Shown: positions 36,516 to 46,102 of the stretch, piece after piece
How the letters are laid out: every line of letters starts with the position of its first letter
Position numbering within the stretch: position 1 is the stretch's first letter
From: an uncultured Gammaproteobacteria bacterium
GTDB lineage: Bacteria > Patescibacteriota > Microgenomatia > UBA12405 > JAHJSD01
Length of the DNA stretch: 64,000 nt
Direction: 5' to 3'
Assembly (NCBI GenBank): GCA_964498425.1
Contig: CAZCGQ010000001.1
Location: forward strand, 163,063-227,062
The notes under the pieces: generated by a model
What the model saw: only the letters and a program-made list of their open reading frames with translations
Databases searched by the model: none
What the model was told of the DNA's origin: nothing
Translations under genes and position numbers: made by a program

Positions 36516-37790
36516 CTAAATTTTTGAAGCTACTTCTTTACCGAGCTTTATTGAATAATTTACTCCCCTATCCCATGGAAAAATATGGTTTGCCGTGGCC
36601 CAGAAAAGCTGATCCGAAATTAAGGATATCTTCGGCTTTATCCCAGAATAACCTATTGGAATTATTGGCTGAGCATCAGAATATTTAAACAACTGATAAT
36701 CAATTAAATAATTCTCAAATGACGGGTTTAACCGCCTCAAATAAGGAGAAAATTCCTCTAAGACTTTTTCCTTGTCTTTTCTTAGGGTTGAATTTTCTTG
36801 GGGGTAATATCCACCAATATAAACAATATTTTCACCTCCATATTTATTAGCATCAACAAAATTTGTTTGCTCAACAATAACCAAAAATGGAAATTCCTTT
36901 TCTAAAACATTAAGCCAATAACTGTCTCCCGGAAGAAACTTTTTTTCTAATCTCATCACTAAAGCCATCGCTCCATTGGTTTTTAACTCTCGCCAACTTG
37001 AAACATTCTTATCGCGAAGCTCTTTCCAGGTTTGGATTAATTTTAAAGCTTGGGACAAAGGAATGGCAATTATTACTTTGTCAGCATTAAATTCTTTTTT
37101 TTCGGCAGACAAAATCCATTTATTTTCATTTTTTTTAATGCTAGTAATACGTGTCTGGAGATGTATTTTGTTTTCTTTCTTAATTTCCTCTCTCAACCTG
37201 TCAATTAAAACTGCTGTTCCTCCTTCAAAATAACCTAACCGCGCACTTCTTTTTTTTAACCTAGCCCATAACCAGGAAAAGGCAACTTCGTCTGTGTACT
37301 GGTGAAACTTATTCTCCATCAACGGCTGCCAAATTTTTTGCCAAGCCGATTGTCCAATTAGGCTCAAAAATAAACTCTTTGCTGAAAAGCGGTCATAAAA
37401 TGGTAAATAGGGCAAAAGCCTTAAAAGAAAAATAACACTGCCCATTCTCAGCTTATTAAAAGTAGATAAGTTCGGATATTTCATAATATCTAAAGGCTCA
37501 TCAAATGGATGGATATTTCCCTCAGAATACACTGAAGTTTGTACTTTCTTGAAAAATAACTTGTCTTCCAGCCCTAGTTCAGCGGATAAATTCTTAACAT
37601 ATTTGTCAGAAGTAAAATAATGATGAAAATATTTTTCCAACGGCCAATCCCATTTCTTTTCTTTATAACTACCCGCTAGGCCTCCAAGTGATTCCTCTGC
37701 TTCAAATAACTCAACTTCCTTCCCTTCTTTAGCTAAAGAATAAGCAGCTGTTAACCCGGTTATGCCTCCACCAATAACTGCAATCTTCAT
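36516..37790 (-). CDS. FAD-dependent oxidoreductase (amine-oxidase/UDP-galactopyranose-mutase-like fold)
   Basis: MKIAVIGGGITGLTAAYSL is a GxGxxG dinucleotide fold. LGGLAGSY...YFHHYFTSDKYV resembles the Glf/amine-oxidase family. Confidence 0.55.
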   Translation of the reverse strand: MKIAVIGGGITGLTAAYSLAKEGKEVELFEAEESLGGLAGSYKEKKWDWPLEKYFHHYFTSDKYVKNLSAELGLEDKLFFKKVQTSVYSEGNIHPFDEPLDIMKYPNLSTFNKLRMGSVIFLLRLLPYLPFYDRFSAKSLFLSLIGQSAWQKIWQPLMENKFHQYTDEVAFSWLWARLKKRSARLGYFEGGTAVLIDRLREEIKKENKIHLQTRITSIKKNENKWILSAEKKEFNADKVIIAIPLSQALKLIQTWKELRDKNVSSWRELKTNGAMALVMRLEKKFLPGDSYWLNVLEKEFPFLVIVEQTNFVDANKYGGENIVYIGGYYPQENSTLRKDKEKVLEEFSPYLRRLNPSFENYLIDYQLFKYSDAQPIIPIGYSGIKPKISLISDQLFWATANHIFPWDRGVNYSIKLGKEVASKI

Positions 37791-37797
37791 CTTGCCA

Positions 37798-38559
37798 TTA
37801 TAACCAAATTAACAAGCCGCTTAAAGTAATGATTGAGCCAACAATTATCATAATTTGTACTGGGAAATTTACACCCGCTTCAGGCAATTCTGCCGTAGTC
37901 GGAGATGGACCTAAGGCAATAGCCTCAGTCGGTTCGCTGGTTGGTGGCTGAGTTGAAACCTGGGTAGGAGTACTGGTTAAAACACTAGTTGGAGAACTAG
38001 TCGGATTATTTGTTGGGGTTATCGTTGGTGTCTCGGTTGGCGTATCCGTTGGAGCTGTTGTCCCGGTCGGAGTTATCGTTGGGGTCTCAGTCGGCGTATC
38101 TGTCGGAACCTCCGTCCCGGTTGGGGTTGTCGTTGGTGTCTCGGTTGGGGTCTCAGTCGGCGTATCTGTTGGAACCTCCGTCCCGGTTGGAGTTATCGTT
38201 GGTGTCTCAGTCGGCGTTTCTGTCGGAACCTCCGTCCCGGTTGGAGTTATTGTTGGTGTCTCAGTCGGCGTTTCCGTTGGAGTTAAAGTTGGAATGGTAA
38301 ACTCCAAACGGCAAGATGGAATATCTCTAGTTGTCTCCTCAAACACCGCTGGTACTTTTTTAGGAGCTGTTGGTGCAATCGGTTCCTGTCTCAACTGATA
38401 AAGTTTGATTGCACTTAAAATTGCAATTACCGCTAAAACAATTGTTGAGCCAATCAAGGCATATAACTTCCATCTTGGACCCGCTTGATTATCTTTTAAA
38501 CCGGATTCTAATTTTGGTACTTCATTTTCTTCAATCATTTCCAACCAAACTGAGGACAA
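37798..38559 (-). CDS. Thr/Pro-repeat surface protein (TETPTITPTGTEVPTDTP tandem repeats) with N- and C-terminal hydrophobic anchors
   Basis: Direct nucleotide and protein tandem repeats. The C-terminal tail is ELPEAG followed by a TM helix. Confidence 0.6.
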   Translation of the reverse strand: MSSVWLEMIEENEVPKLESGLKDNQAGPRWKLYALIGSTIVLAVIAILSAIKLYQLRQEPIAPTAPKKVPAVFEETTRDIPSCRLEFTIPTLTPTETPTETPTITPTGTEVPTETPTETPTITPTGTEVPTDTPTETPTETPTTTPTGTEVPTDTPTETPTITPTGTTAPTDTPTETPTITPTNNPTSSPTSVLTSTPTQVSTQPPTSEPTEAIALGPSPTTAELPEAGVNFPVQIMIIVGSIITLSGLLIWL

Positions 38560-39644
38560 ACCTCAGCCTCAACAACGTAATTAGTAAATTCATCAAACTC
38601 ATCATAAAGAAGATAAAAACCATACTCGTTGGACTGCTCCGTTTCTATCCACGTTCCATCGTTAACTTTAAATCTGGCTTTAGCCATTCCATCCGGATGA
38701 TTAGTCTCTCCGTTAGCAACTAGATAAACCTCCTGATCATAAACCAACAAAGGCTCGACTAACAAGCCCGATTGATCAACAATTGGCGTCCAGTCTTTAT
38801 CATAAATTGCTGCTTGGGTACATCGACAGTCATAAGTAGGCGTATTTGTCGGGGTAGGGGTAGGTGACGGAGTTAAGGTCGGAGTAATTGTCGGCGTTAA
38901 GGTTGCAGTCGGAGTTGGGGTCATTGTAGGCGTAGCTGTTGATGTTGGAGTCGCAGTTGGACTTGGCTGACATTCTTCCCAATCTTGACCATCTTCCCAC
39001 GTACAATTCCAAACATGCTGACCATCAACTAACACATCTTGTTGAGTATTTCTACATCTGTATGTTCCATCCCAATATGGAGCATTAGGATAATCCTCGG
39101 CTTGCGGATCATATCCAGGTCCTTTTTCATAACATTCTGTCCAGCACTCATCTTCACTCGGCTTCCCTTCGCAGCAATGACAGGGCAAGTCACAACTATC
39201 CCCGCCAGAACAATCATCACATTTTTGACAATTACCGTTGGTTTTTGTACCTCGACAAATATCTAAAGACCTTGCGCTGGCACTACAATCATCATTACAG
39301 TCATATTCCGCCTTACGGCCACTGCAATCAAATTCACAATCCTGGCTGGGATTACAATCACTACCCCCTGGACAATTTTCAGAGGGATTCTGACAACGAC
39401 CTAAGGTAGAACAAAAAGTCAAACCAGACATACAAGTACCGCAGCAATTGGGATTATCATTACACGAATTTTGATCACATTTGCCTTCGTGCCAACCACC
39501 ACAAGGACAAGACTCAGCAATATCTCCATGCGTCGCCCCACGTCTAGTTTCTTGCCCCTGCCTGACAAGATAAATACCAGCCCCTAGAGAAGAAATCAAT
39601 AATAAACCAACAGCAATAAGCCAATATATTTTGGAAGTTCTCAT
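38535..39644 (-). CDS. Cysteine-rich (~40 Cys) secreted/anchored protein with a TP-rich linker and a C-terminal globular domain
   Basis: N-terminal TM or signal, CxC/CC-dense region, a PTPT linker, and a C-terminal domain YDCRCTQ...EVCPQFGWK. Confidence 0.6.
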   Translation of the reverse strand: MRTSKIYWLIAVGLLLISSLGAGIYLVRQGQETRRGATHGDIAESCPCGGWHEGKCDQNSCNDNPNCCGTCMSGLTFCSTLGRCQNPSENCPGGSDCNPSQDCEFDCSGRKAEYDCNDDCSASARSLDICRGTKTNGNCQKCDDCSGGDSCDLPCHCCEGKPSEDECWTECYEKGPGYDPQAEDYPNAPYWDGTYRCRNTQQDVLVDGQHVWNCTWEDGQDWEECQPSPTATPTSTATPTMTPTPTATLTPTITPTLTPSPTPTPTNTPTYDCRCTQAAIYDKDWTPIVDQSGLLVEPLLVYDQEVYLVANGETNHPDGMAKARFKVNDGTWIETEQSNEYGFYLLYDEFDEFTNYVVEAEVCPQFGWK

Positions 39645-39647
39645 TGC

Positions 39648-41027
39648 CTAAATTAAAACTAAGCTAAAGAATAAAATTGCCGCACCACCAAACAAAATAA
39701 TTGTCGGTCCAAAGAAACCACTTTCTGGAACGCCAGATTCGGTTGACGGTTGACTTTTACGGGGGGGGGTTGTTGGCTCGGTAGTGGAAGTTGGTTCAGC
39801 CGTAGCCGTCGGGGTTGGAGCTTCGGTTGGGGTATTCGTTGGATTTATAGTTGGAGTTGCCGTTGACCCAGAGGGGGTAGCACTAAACGCTGGACCACCT
39901 TCACCCGTTTGTGCTGCCAAAACAAAAGTTCTTACAAAGGTTTCAACTCCCCCTGTATCCGGGTTGGTATATTCTACTGTTAACGTATGGGCTCCGGGTG
40001 TTAAGTTTTGTGGAGGGGCCCACTGCCACTCTCCATTAGAATCAATTTCAATTTCCGATTCGTAAGTAACTGGAGACTCCAAAGTAATCTCAACCTTTGC
40101 CCCTTTTGGGCCCTCTCCAAATATTTCTGGCTTTGGAATGGTTATTGTTTCACCATCGTTGGGGTTAATTATCTTAAACTCTTTTTCTTGGCCCAAATTT
40201 AAATTTCCAGTATCCAATTTTGAATCCATAGCCGGAGAAGGAGTAAGGTCGTTGTTCAATAAATTCTGATCCCCACTAGTAAAATCTTGACTTTCCCCTA
40301 AAATAATCGGAGGAACCGGGTCATCATTTTGAGTATAAATCGTAGCTGTTGCTCTTCCCCGCTGACCAGTTACCGCCAAAATATTTTCAATAATTTTTCC
40401 TTCTTCATAATTAGCTCTCATCGATAAATCCTCTGAATAAGCTTGGGCTAAAGGCACAACCCAATTACCCTTGTTGGTGACTAAGGCGGATAATTTGCTT
40501 ATCCCCGGAATATCTAAATATACAATCGCCCCAGCAGCTGGTTGACTACTGCCGTTTAGAACTGAGCCAGAAGCTAAATTTGCTTCTGGAGGTATACCTG
40601 ACGTCGACAAAGCGGTTTTAACCGAATAAGCTTTTAGCCTTTCTTCAAAAAACTCTTTACCACCCGAGTTTAGATAAAATTTATATTCAGTGTCCGGGGA
40701 CAAATTGTTAATAACCACATAATGGGTATCATAATCACCCAACGTGCCCGGACTATCTCGAAAATCAGTAACCACTTTTCCATCTAAGCTTTCAACTTGA
40801 ACAAAGCCCTTTGTTTTTTCACCAGTTATCCAAGAGACTGTAAAAGAATTGCTGGTAATATTAGTTATCTCTACTTCCTGCGGAGTTATCCCCTTACTGG
40901 CTCTGGTTAAAAAAGAAGTGCCTTCTCGAAGAAGGGTTAGACTGCCTACCAGGCCTAAAACTAAGAAAATACCAAGAATAGTTGGGATCTTTTTCTCACT
41001 CATCAAGTTCACCTGATTCGGTTGCAT
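39648..41027 (-). CDS. FN3-domain surface protein with N-terminal anchor and C-terminal PESG + TM tail
   Basis: ITSNSFTVSWITGEKTKGFVQVE...DTEYKFYL is a fibronectin type III signature. The C-terminus is TP-rich and ends VPESGFFGPTIILFGGAAILFFSLVLI. Confidence 0.55.
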   Translation of the reverse strand: MQPNQVNLMSEKKIPTILGIFLVLGLVGSLTLLREGTSFLTRASKGITPQEVEITNITSNSFTVSWITGEKTKGFVQVESLDGKVVTDFRDSPGTLGDYDTHYVVINNLSPDTEYKFYLNSGGKEFFEERLKAYSVKTALSTSGIPPEANLASGSVLNGSSQPAAGAIVYLDIPGISKLSALVTNKGNWVVPLAQAYSEDLSMRANYEEGKIIENILAVTGQRGRATATIYTQNDDPVPPIILGESQDFTSGDQNLLNNDLTPSPAMDSKLDTGNLNLGQEKEFKIINPNDGETITIPKPEIFGEGPKGAKVEITLESPVTYESEIEIDSNGEWQWAPPQNLTPGAHTLTVEYTNPDTGGVETFVRTFVLAAQTGEGGPAFSATPSGSTATPTINPTNTPTEAPTPTATAEPTSTTEPTTPPRKSQPSTESGVPESGFFGPTIILFGGAAILFFSLVLI

Positions 41028-41382
41028 TGGGAGTTGAAGTAATTGTTAAACTTGGTTCACCGGATGGGGTTGATTCAGCTACTTCTTGATTACCCGCTGG
41101 ACTGGATTCAGGGGTAGGAATAGCGGTTGGTTCCGCCTTCAACAACTCGTTTACTTCTTCAAGTTGATATTCTTTTTTTTGTTCAATTGTTGATAAAACC
41201 TCGTCATTTAATTCCGGCTTCAGCGGCGTTAGTAATTGATCTACCCCCTCAATTCTGTCCCGCCTGACCAATTCCCGATAACTGTTCAAGGCAACTAGTA
41301 ATAAAGCCGTTAATAAAGTGAATCCAGCTATCCAAAAAACCCGGTTATTAATTATTGTTTTCTTGTCCATAAATATTTTCAA
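40996..41382 (-). CDS. Small membrane-anchored protein with an acidic/TP-rich tail, function unknown
   Basis: A single N-terminal TM helix. Directly downstream of the pilO-like gene. Confidence 0.3.
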   Translation of the reverse strand: MKIFMDKKTIINNRVFWIAGFTLLTALLLVALNSYRELVRRDRIEGVDQLLTPLKPELNDEVLSTIEQKKEYQLEEVNELLKAEPTAIPTPESSPAGNQEVAESTPSGEPSLTITSTPNATESGELDE

Positions 41383-42016
41383 ACCAATAATGGAATTCCC
41401 CGTTTAGAAAAAAGGTTAATGAGGTTAAGGCCGCCTCTTTGTCTTTGCTTAAACCAATTTGATAGTTATTAATCTCCATCCACCGGCGGACTAAATTAAT
41501 TAAACGAATAAATTCCTTTATTTCATCATATTCACCTTTGGTTGAAAAATTAAATTTTAGACCGGAAAAAGATGTACTAGGATTAATCATATTTTGGATA
41601 TGATCGACACTTAGTTGGTTAATCGGTAAACTGCTTTCATTAGCTGCCCCAGCTACCTGGGCTACTCCTTGACCAATGGCAAATTCTGAAGGTAAATAAC
41701 TTTCTAATATCTGTCTATTCCCCTGCACTAAAGCAAACTCCTCTTGAGCAATAATAATCGAATTAATCTTTTTTTGCATTTTCTGAGTAAGTTCTTTTTT
41801 TTCATTTATTTCTCCAATTAATCCTGATATCGTAACTACGGCCGGTCTAATTGCAAAAACTATAAAGAAGGCAACGGAAAACACGGTAATGATTACCTCT
41901 AGATATTTCCAACTCTCTTTATTCTCGGCATACTCCTCCAGTGAGGTATTAACCTTGTCCTGATACTTTTTAAACTGATTAGCTATTTGTTCCTTCTTGA
42001 GCATTGTCTTTGTCAA
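41348..42016 (-). CDS. PilO-like pilus assembly protein (bitopic)
   Basis: Short cytoplasmic N-terminus, one TM helix, a coiled coil and a periplasmic domain. Follows the PilN-like gene. Confidence 0.3.
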   Translation of the reverse strand: MTKTMLKKEQIANQFKKYQDKVNTSLEEYAENKESWKYLEVIITVFSVAFFIVFAIRPAVVTISGLIGEINEKKELTQKMQKKINSIIIAQEEFALVQGNRQILESYLPSEFAIGQGVAQVAGAANESSLPINQLSVDHIQNMINPSTSFSGLKFNFSTKGEYDEIKEFIRLINLVRRWMEINNYQIGLSKDKEAALTSLTFFLNGEFHYWFENIYGQENNN

Positions 42017-42560
42017 AAGCGAACTTTACAACAAATTGAATTGTCATTCCTCCTTTTCCCTCCTCTTTTTCAATTGTCCCGATCTGAACAGTAGAAATGC
42101 TGGGATTAGCAATTAACCGATCAATAAATTCCGCTAACCCAGCTTCCGAAAAAATTTGAGCCTTTAAACTTGCTTTTATTCCTTCTTTTTCCTTAGAATA
42201 TCTAAAGTCAGTTAAAAGCACATCCGTTGGTAAGCTGGCAGCAACAACATCCAATGCTTCTACCGGCAAATATTTTTCCTCTGTTCCCTCAGAAATTTTA
42301 TTTAATCTTTTTTGGAAATCTCTAAATTCCCTTTCAAAGGTTTGGGTACTTGTTAAAATCGCTTTTTGTTGTCTTATCCTTTCCGACAAATCCGAGTTCT
42401 TTCTATCCAACCAAAATCTGGACAAGAAAGCACCAATCACAATTAACTCCGTAAAAATGACAATGTAACGACCAACCGAAAGAATCCATTTGACAAATTT
42501 GCCAGCAACAATTTCTACAGCATTCTCTTCGGGTAGTAAACTTATTTCTTTCTTAGGCAT
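41979..42560 (-). CDS. PilN-like pilus assembly protein
   Basis: The N-terminal KEISLLPEE matches the conserved PilN INLLP motif. A TM helix at ~30-50, then coiled-coil and periplasmic regions. Confidence 0.35.
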   Translation of the reverse strand: MPKKEISLLPEENAVEIVAGKFVKWILSVGRYIVIFTELIVIGAFLSRFWLDRKNSDLSERIRQQKAILTSTQTFEREFRDFQKRLNKISEGTEEKYLPVEALDVVAASLPTDVLLTDFRYSKEKEGIKASLKAQIFSEAGLAEFIDRLIANPSISTVQIGTIEKEEGKGGMTIQFVVKFAFDKDNAQEGTNS

Positions 42561-42610
42561 TAGTTCAGTATATTAAACTACACTATTGGTGTCAAAGCGG
42601 AAATTAATTT

Positions 42611-44263
42611 CTAGTCTACCTGCGGAGGTAGCTCATGAATAGGAAGAATATCCCGTGGCCAAACCAAAACTGACTTAGCTAATTTTACTATTGCTCTTGC
42701 CTCTTGAAGTTGAAAAGCTAATCCTAATCCTAAATAAACTAATATTCCCCCAAAACTACTTATGGAGGTTAAGCCAATTAAACCAGAAATTCTAGTTGTA
42801 TCAAAAACATACAAATCTAAACCACGAAGCAAAAGCCAAACACAAACAGTGGAAATAACACTCGAAAAAGTCATTTTAAGTAAAGGTGAAGTAATCCGGC
42901 TTAGGTTTTTAATTTCGAGTTTTTTAAACAGCAAAAACATCAAAATTAGAGATTGAACAACACTACTAATGCTTGTTGCTAAAGCTAAAATAATTACATC
43001 TACTTGGGAAAAAATACTTCCACCAACAGCAATGATGATAAAAACAATCAGCGACACCCATGAAACTATTAGGGGGGTCTTCGTATCCTGAAAAGCGTAA
43101 AACCCTCTTCCTAAAATATCATTGATTGTACCCGAAACAACCAGTGGAACTAAAAAAGCAATGACCTGACCAGTTACTAAAGTTGCTTTCCAAGGAAATT
43201 CTCTGGCTCCGTAAGCCAACCTTACTAACGGAATACGAAGAATGAGAAATATTGCTGCTGTTGGCAGAGCCAAAAAAATTGCTTGAAGAAAGGAACCAAA
43301 CAACGTTTCTTTATATCTTGACATTTTTTTTCTGCTTGCTTCTTTTGATAAAACCGGCAAAGAAGCTTGCCCAATAGTAACCCCAAAAACTCTAGAAAAA
43401 AAACTGGTTAACCGCTGACCAAGATAAAAAAGAGAAAGATAGCCAACTGTTAAGCCACTACCAATAATTAAAATTATAGTCGCCTGAAGCTCTTTTATGG
43501 CTAGGGCAATTGTCCGCGGCGGCATTAGAGTAAGAATTTTTTTCACTCCGGAAAGCTTCAAATCGATGACTGGGAAATACCTAAAACCTAATTTAATAAC
43601 TAAGGGTAACTGAATTAGAAAGTGAAGAACTGCCCCAATCAAAACACCTAATGTCGGCCCCCATATTCCTAAAACCGGGGAAAGTATTTGAATACCTAAA
43701 ATAATCCCCAGGTTATAAATCATTGGAGCTAGTGCCGGAACTAGAAACCGTTGATTAGTCTGCAGGATAGACGTCAAAAAATTGCTGAAAAGAAAAAACA
43801 TTTGAGAAACAACTATTATTTTCATTAACTGACTCATTAGTGAAATTTGCTGACTGGTAAACCCAATGGCAACTAAAGAAGATAACGGCTTGGAAAAAAT
43901 AATAATCACACTGCCTAGAATTAAGAATACAATTAACAACAAGTTCAAAACGGAAGAAGCAGTAACATAGGCCTCTTCTTCATCTTTTTCTATTTCTTCG
44001 CCAAAAACAGGAATAAAGGCCGCCGACAATGCCCCCAAAACCAGAAGTTGAAAAACAATATCGGGTATTCTAAAGGCAGCATTATATGCGTCCAACTGAC
44101 CAGGACAGCAAGCAAAAAACTTAGCATAGAGAAGCCTATCCCGCAAAATACCTAAAAAGGCTGATGCACTAAAGGCAAAACCTAAAATAGCTGCGGCTGA
44201 GAAAATACTGGATTGACGCTTTGAAAAAATTTTGGAGCCGTTTTTAAAAATGTCCTTTATCAT
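42611..44263 (-). CDS. murJ: Lipid II flippase MurJ/MviN family
   Basis: LGILRDRLLYAKF...DAYNAAFRIPDIVFQLLVLGALSAAFIPVF aligns with the MurJ N-terminal conserved region. Fourteen TM helices. Confidence 0.8.
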   Translation of the reverse strand: MIKDIFKNGSKIFSKRQSSIFSAAAILGFAFSASAFLGILRDRLLYAKFFACCPGQLDAYNAAFRIPDIVFQLLVLGALSAAFIPVFGEEIEKDEEEAYVTASSVLNLLLIVFLILGSVIIIFSKPLSSLVAIGFTSQQISLMSQLMKIIVVSQMFFLFSNFLTSILQTNQRFLVPALAPMIYNLGIILGIQILSPVLGIWGPTLGVLIGAVLHFLIQLPLVIKLGFRYFPVIDLKLSGVKKILTLMPPRTIALAIKELQATIILIIGSGLTVGYLSLFYLGQRLTSFFSRVFGVTIGQASLPVLSKEASRKKMSRYKETLFGSFLQAIFLALPTAAIFLILRIPLVRLAYGAREFPWKATLVTGQVIAFLVPLVVSGTINDILGRGFYAFQDTKTPLIVSWVSLIVFIIIAVGGSIFSQVDVIILALATSISSVVQSLILMFLLFKKLEIKNLSRITSPLLKMTFSSVISTVCVWLLLRGLDLYVFDTTRISGLIGLTSISSFGGILVYLGLGLAFQLQEARAIVKLAKSVLVWPRDILPIHELPPQVD

Positions 44264-44320
44264 CCCTGCCAGTATAACACACTCTTGCTAGCATTTAGCC
44301 TAGATGATAGAATAAGGTCC

Positions 44321-44629
44321 ATGCCTGTAACTAAGTCCGCCGCAAAGGCGCTGAGAAACCAGAAAAGAAAGAAAAAATATAATCTGAGGGTTAAAAAAAA
44401 GGCGAAAGAAGCCATAAAGAAGTATAAGGATAGCCCTAACAAGAAAAACCTTCAGACCGCTTATTCTGCAATTGACAAAGCAGCTAAACGAAATGTCTAT
44501 CATAAAAATAAGGCCGCAAGGTTAAAAAGTCAGCTGGCAAAAAAACTTCCTAGGAAAAAATCCTCTTCTAAAAAGAAAGCGTCGTCATCTAAAAAAACCG
44601 ACGCCGATAAAATGTCGAAGAAAAAATAA
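44321..44629 (+). CDS. rpsT: 30S ribosomal protein S20 with a Lys/Ser-rich C-terminal extension
   Basis: MPVTKSAAKALRNQKRKKKYNLRVKKKAKEAIKKY...NVYHKNKAARLKSQLAKK. Start set at the internal Met. Confidence 0.85.
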   Translation: MPVTKSAAKALRNQKRKKKYNLRVKKKAKEAIKKYKDSPNKKNLQTAYSAIDKAAKRNVYHKNKAARLKSQLAKKLPRKKSSSKKKASSSKKTDADKMSKKK

Positions 44630-44630
44630 A

Positions 44631-46046
44631 GTGACCAGCAAATACTATATCACTACACCGATATACTATGTTAATGATGTCCCCCACATCGGCCATACAT
44701 GTACGACAGTTACTGCTGATATTCTTGCCCGCTATCACCGGTTAAAGGGGAAAGAAGTATTTTTCTTAACTGGAACAGATGAACACGGGGCTAAAGTTGC
44801 CCAAGCCGCTGATAACAAAGATTTAACCCCTCAAAAATTTTGTGATCAAATATCAACCCGATTTAAAAAAACCTGGCAAAGTCTAAATATCAGCAATGAT
44901 TTTTTTATTCGAACAACCGACCCACGACATATAGAGGTTGCCGAGAATTTACTCAAAAAGATTTATAAAAATGGTGATATATACAAAGATGTATATCAAG
45001 GCCTCTATTGCATCGGCTGTGAAAAATTCTTGACCGAATCTGACCTTGAAGATGGGCACTGTCCCCTTCATCCTCCAGAACAAACAATCAAGCAGAAAGA
45101 AGAAAATTGGTTTTTTAAATTATCAAAATATGCTCCAAAATTGATTGAATTGATTGAAAACGATGAAACCAACTACATTTTTCCTGAAGGTAAAAGGAAA
45201 GAGGTTTTGGCTAAACTTAAAGCTGGTGTCCACGATATTTCCTTTTCTAGAGCGAATGTTAACTGGGGAATTCCCGTGCCCTGGGATAAATCTCAAACTA
45301 TTTATGTTTGGGTTGAAGCCCTAATTAATTATTACAGCGCTACTCAATTTCTAGAAAATAAAGAACAATTTTGGCCGGCCGATGTTCATGTCCTGGGCAA
45401 AGAAATCCTTTGGTTCCATACAGCAATTTGGCAGGCTATGCTTCTTTCTCTTGGCCTACCCCTGCCTCAAAAAACCTTTGTTCACAGTTTTTACATCATG
45501 AAAGATAGAAAAATGTCCAAATCTCTAGGTAATCTGATTACGCCTGAGGAACTAATTGCCAAATTCGGAGTTGACGGCAGCCGCTACCTGGTGGCGGCAT
45601 CTTTTCCGGCTCAAAATGACTCTAACGTTAGTCTCAGCAAATATCAAAAAATATACAATGCCGATTTGGCCAACGGCCTTGGAAATTTAGTTTCGAGAAC
45701 GGCTAATCTAGCTGAAAAAAATAATCTGGAAACTCCTCAAGATATTTCAGCCAAATTTTTCAATGGAATAGACGAATCAATAAATGATTTTAACCTTGCC
45801 AAAACACTTGATATCATCTGGAATACCGATAAAAATAGCGTCTCGGCAATAAATCAAAAGTTCACCAAAAAAAAGGTTTGGGAACTGCCTGAAAAAGAAC
45901 AAAAAAAGATTCTTCAAGAAGTTATAAGTGACATCCGACAAATAGCATATAATATCAAGCCCTTTATGCCAGCATCGGCTGAAAAAATCGAGGAAATTTT
46001 CTCAGGAAAAATAACTTCTCCTCAACCAATTTTTCCTCGTCTCTAG
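44631..46046 (+). CDS. metG: Methionyl-tRNA synthetase (minimal form without C-terminal tRNA-binding appendix)
   Basis: The HIGH motif (PHIGHTCTT), KMSKS, and the CxxC...CP zinc knuckle. Confidence 0.9.
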   Translation: MTSKYYITTPIYYVNDVPHIGHTCTTVTADILARYHRLKGKEVFFLTGTDEHGAKVAQAADNKDLTPQKFCDQISTRFKKTWQSLNISNDFFIRTTDPRHIEVAENLLKKIYKNGDIYKDVYQGLYCIGCEKFLTESDLEDGHCPLHPPEQTIKQKEENWFFKLSKYAPKLIELIENDETNYIFPEGKRKEVLAKLKAGVHDISFSRANVNWGIPVPWDKSQTIYVWVEALINYYSATQFLENKEQFWPADVHVLGKEILWFHTAIWQAMLLSLGLPLPQKTFVHSFYIMKDRKMSKSLGNLITPEELIAKFGVDGSRYLVAASFPAQNDSNVSLSKYQKIYNADLANGLGNLVSRTANLAEKNNLETPQDISAKFFNGIDESINDFNLAKTLDIIWNTDKNSVSAINQKFTKKKVWELPEKEQKKILQEVISDIRQIAYNIKPFMPASAEKIEEIFSGKITSPQPIFPRL

Positions 46047-46102
46047 TCTTCTATGCTAAACTCTTAAGTAGTGCTGCTTATATTTTACTCATATAAAGAA
46101 GC

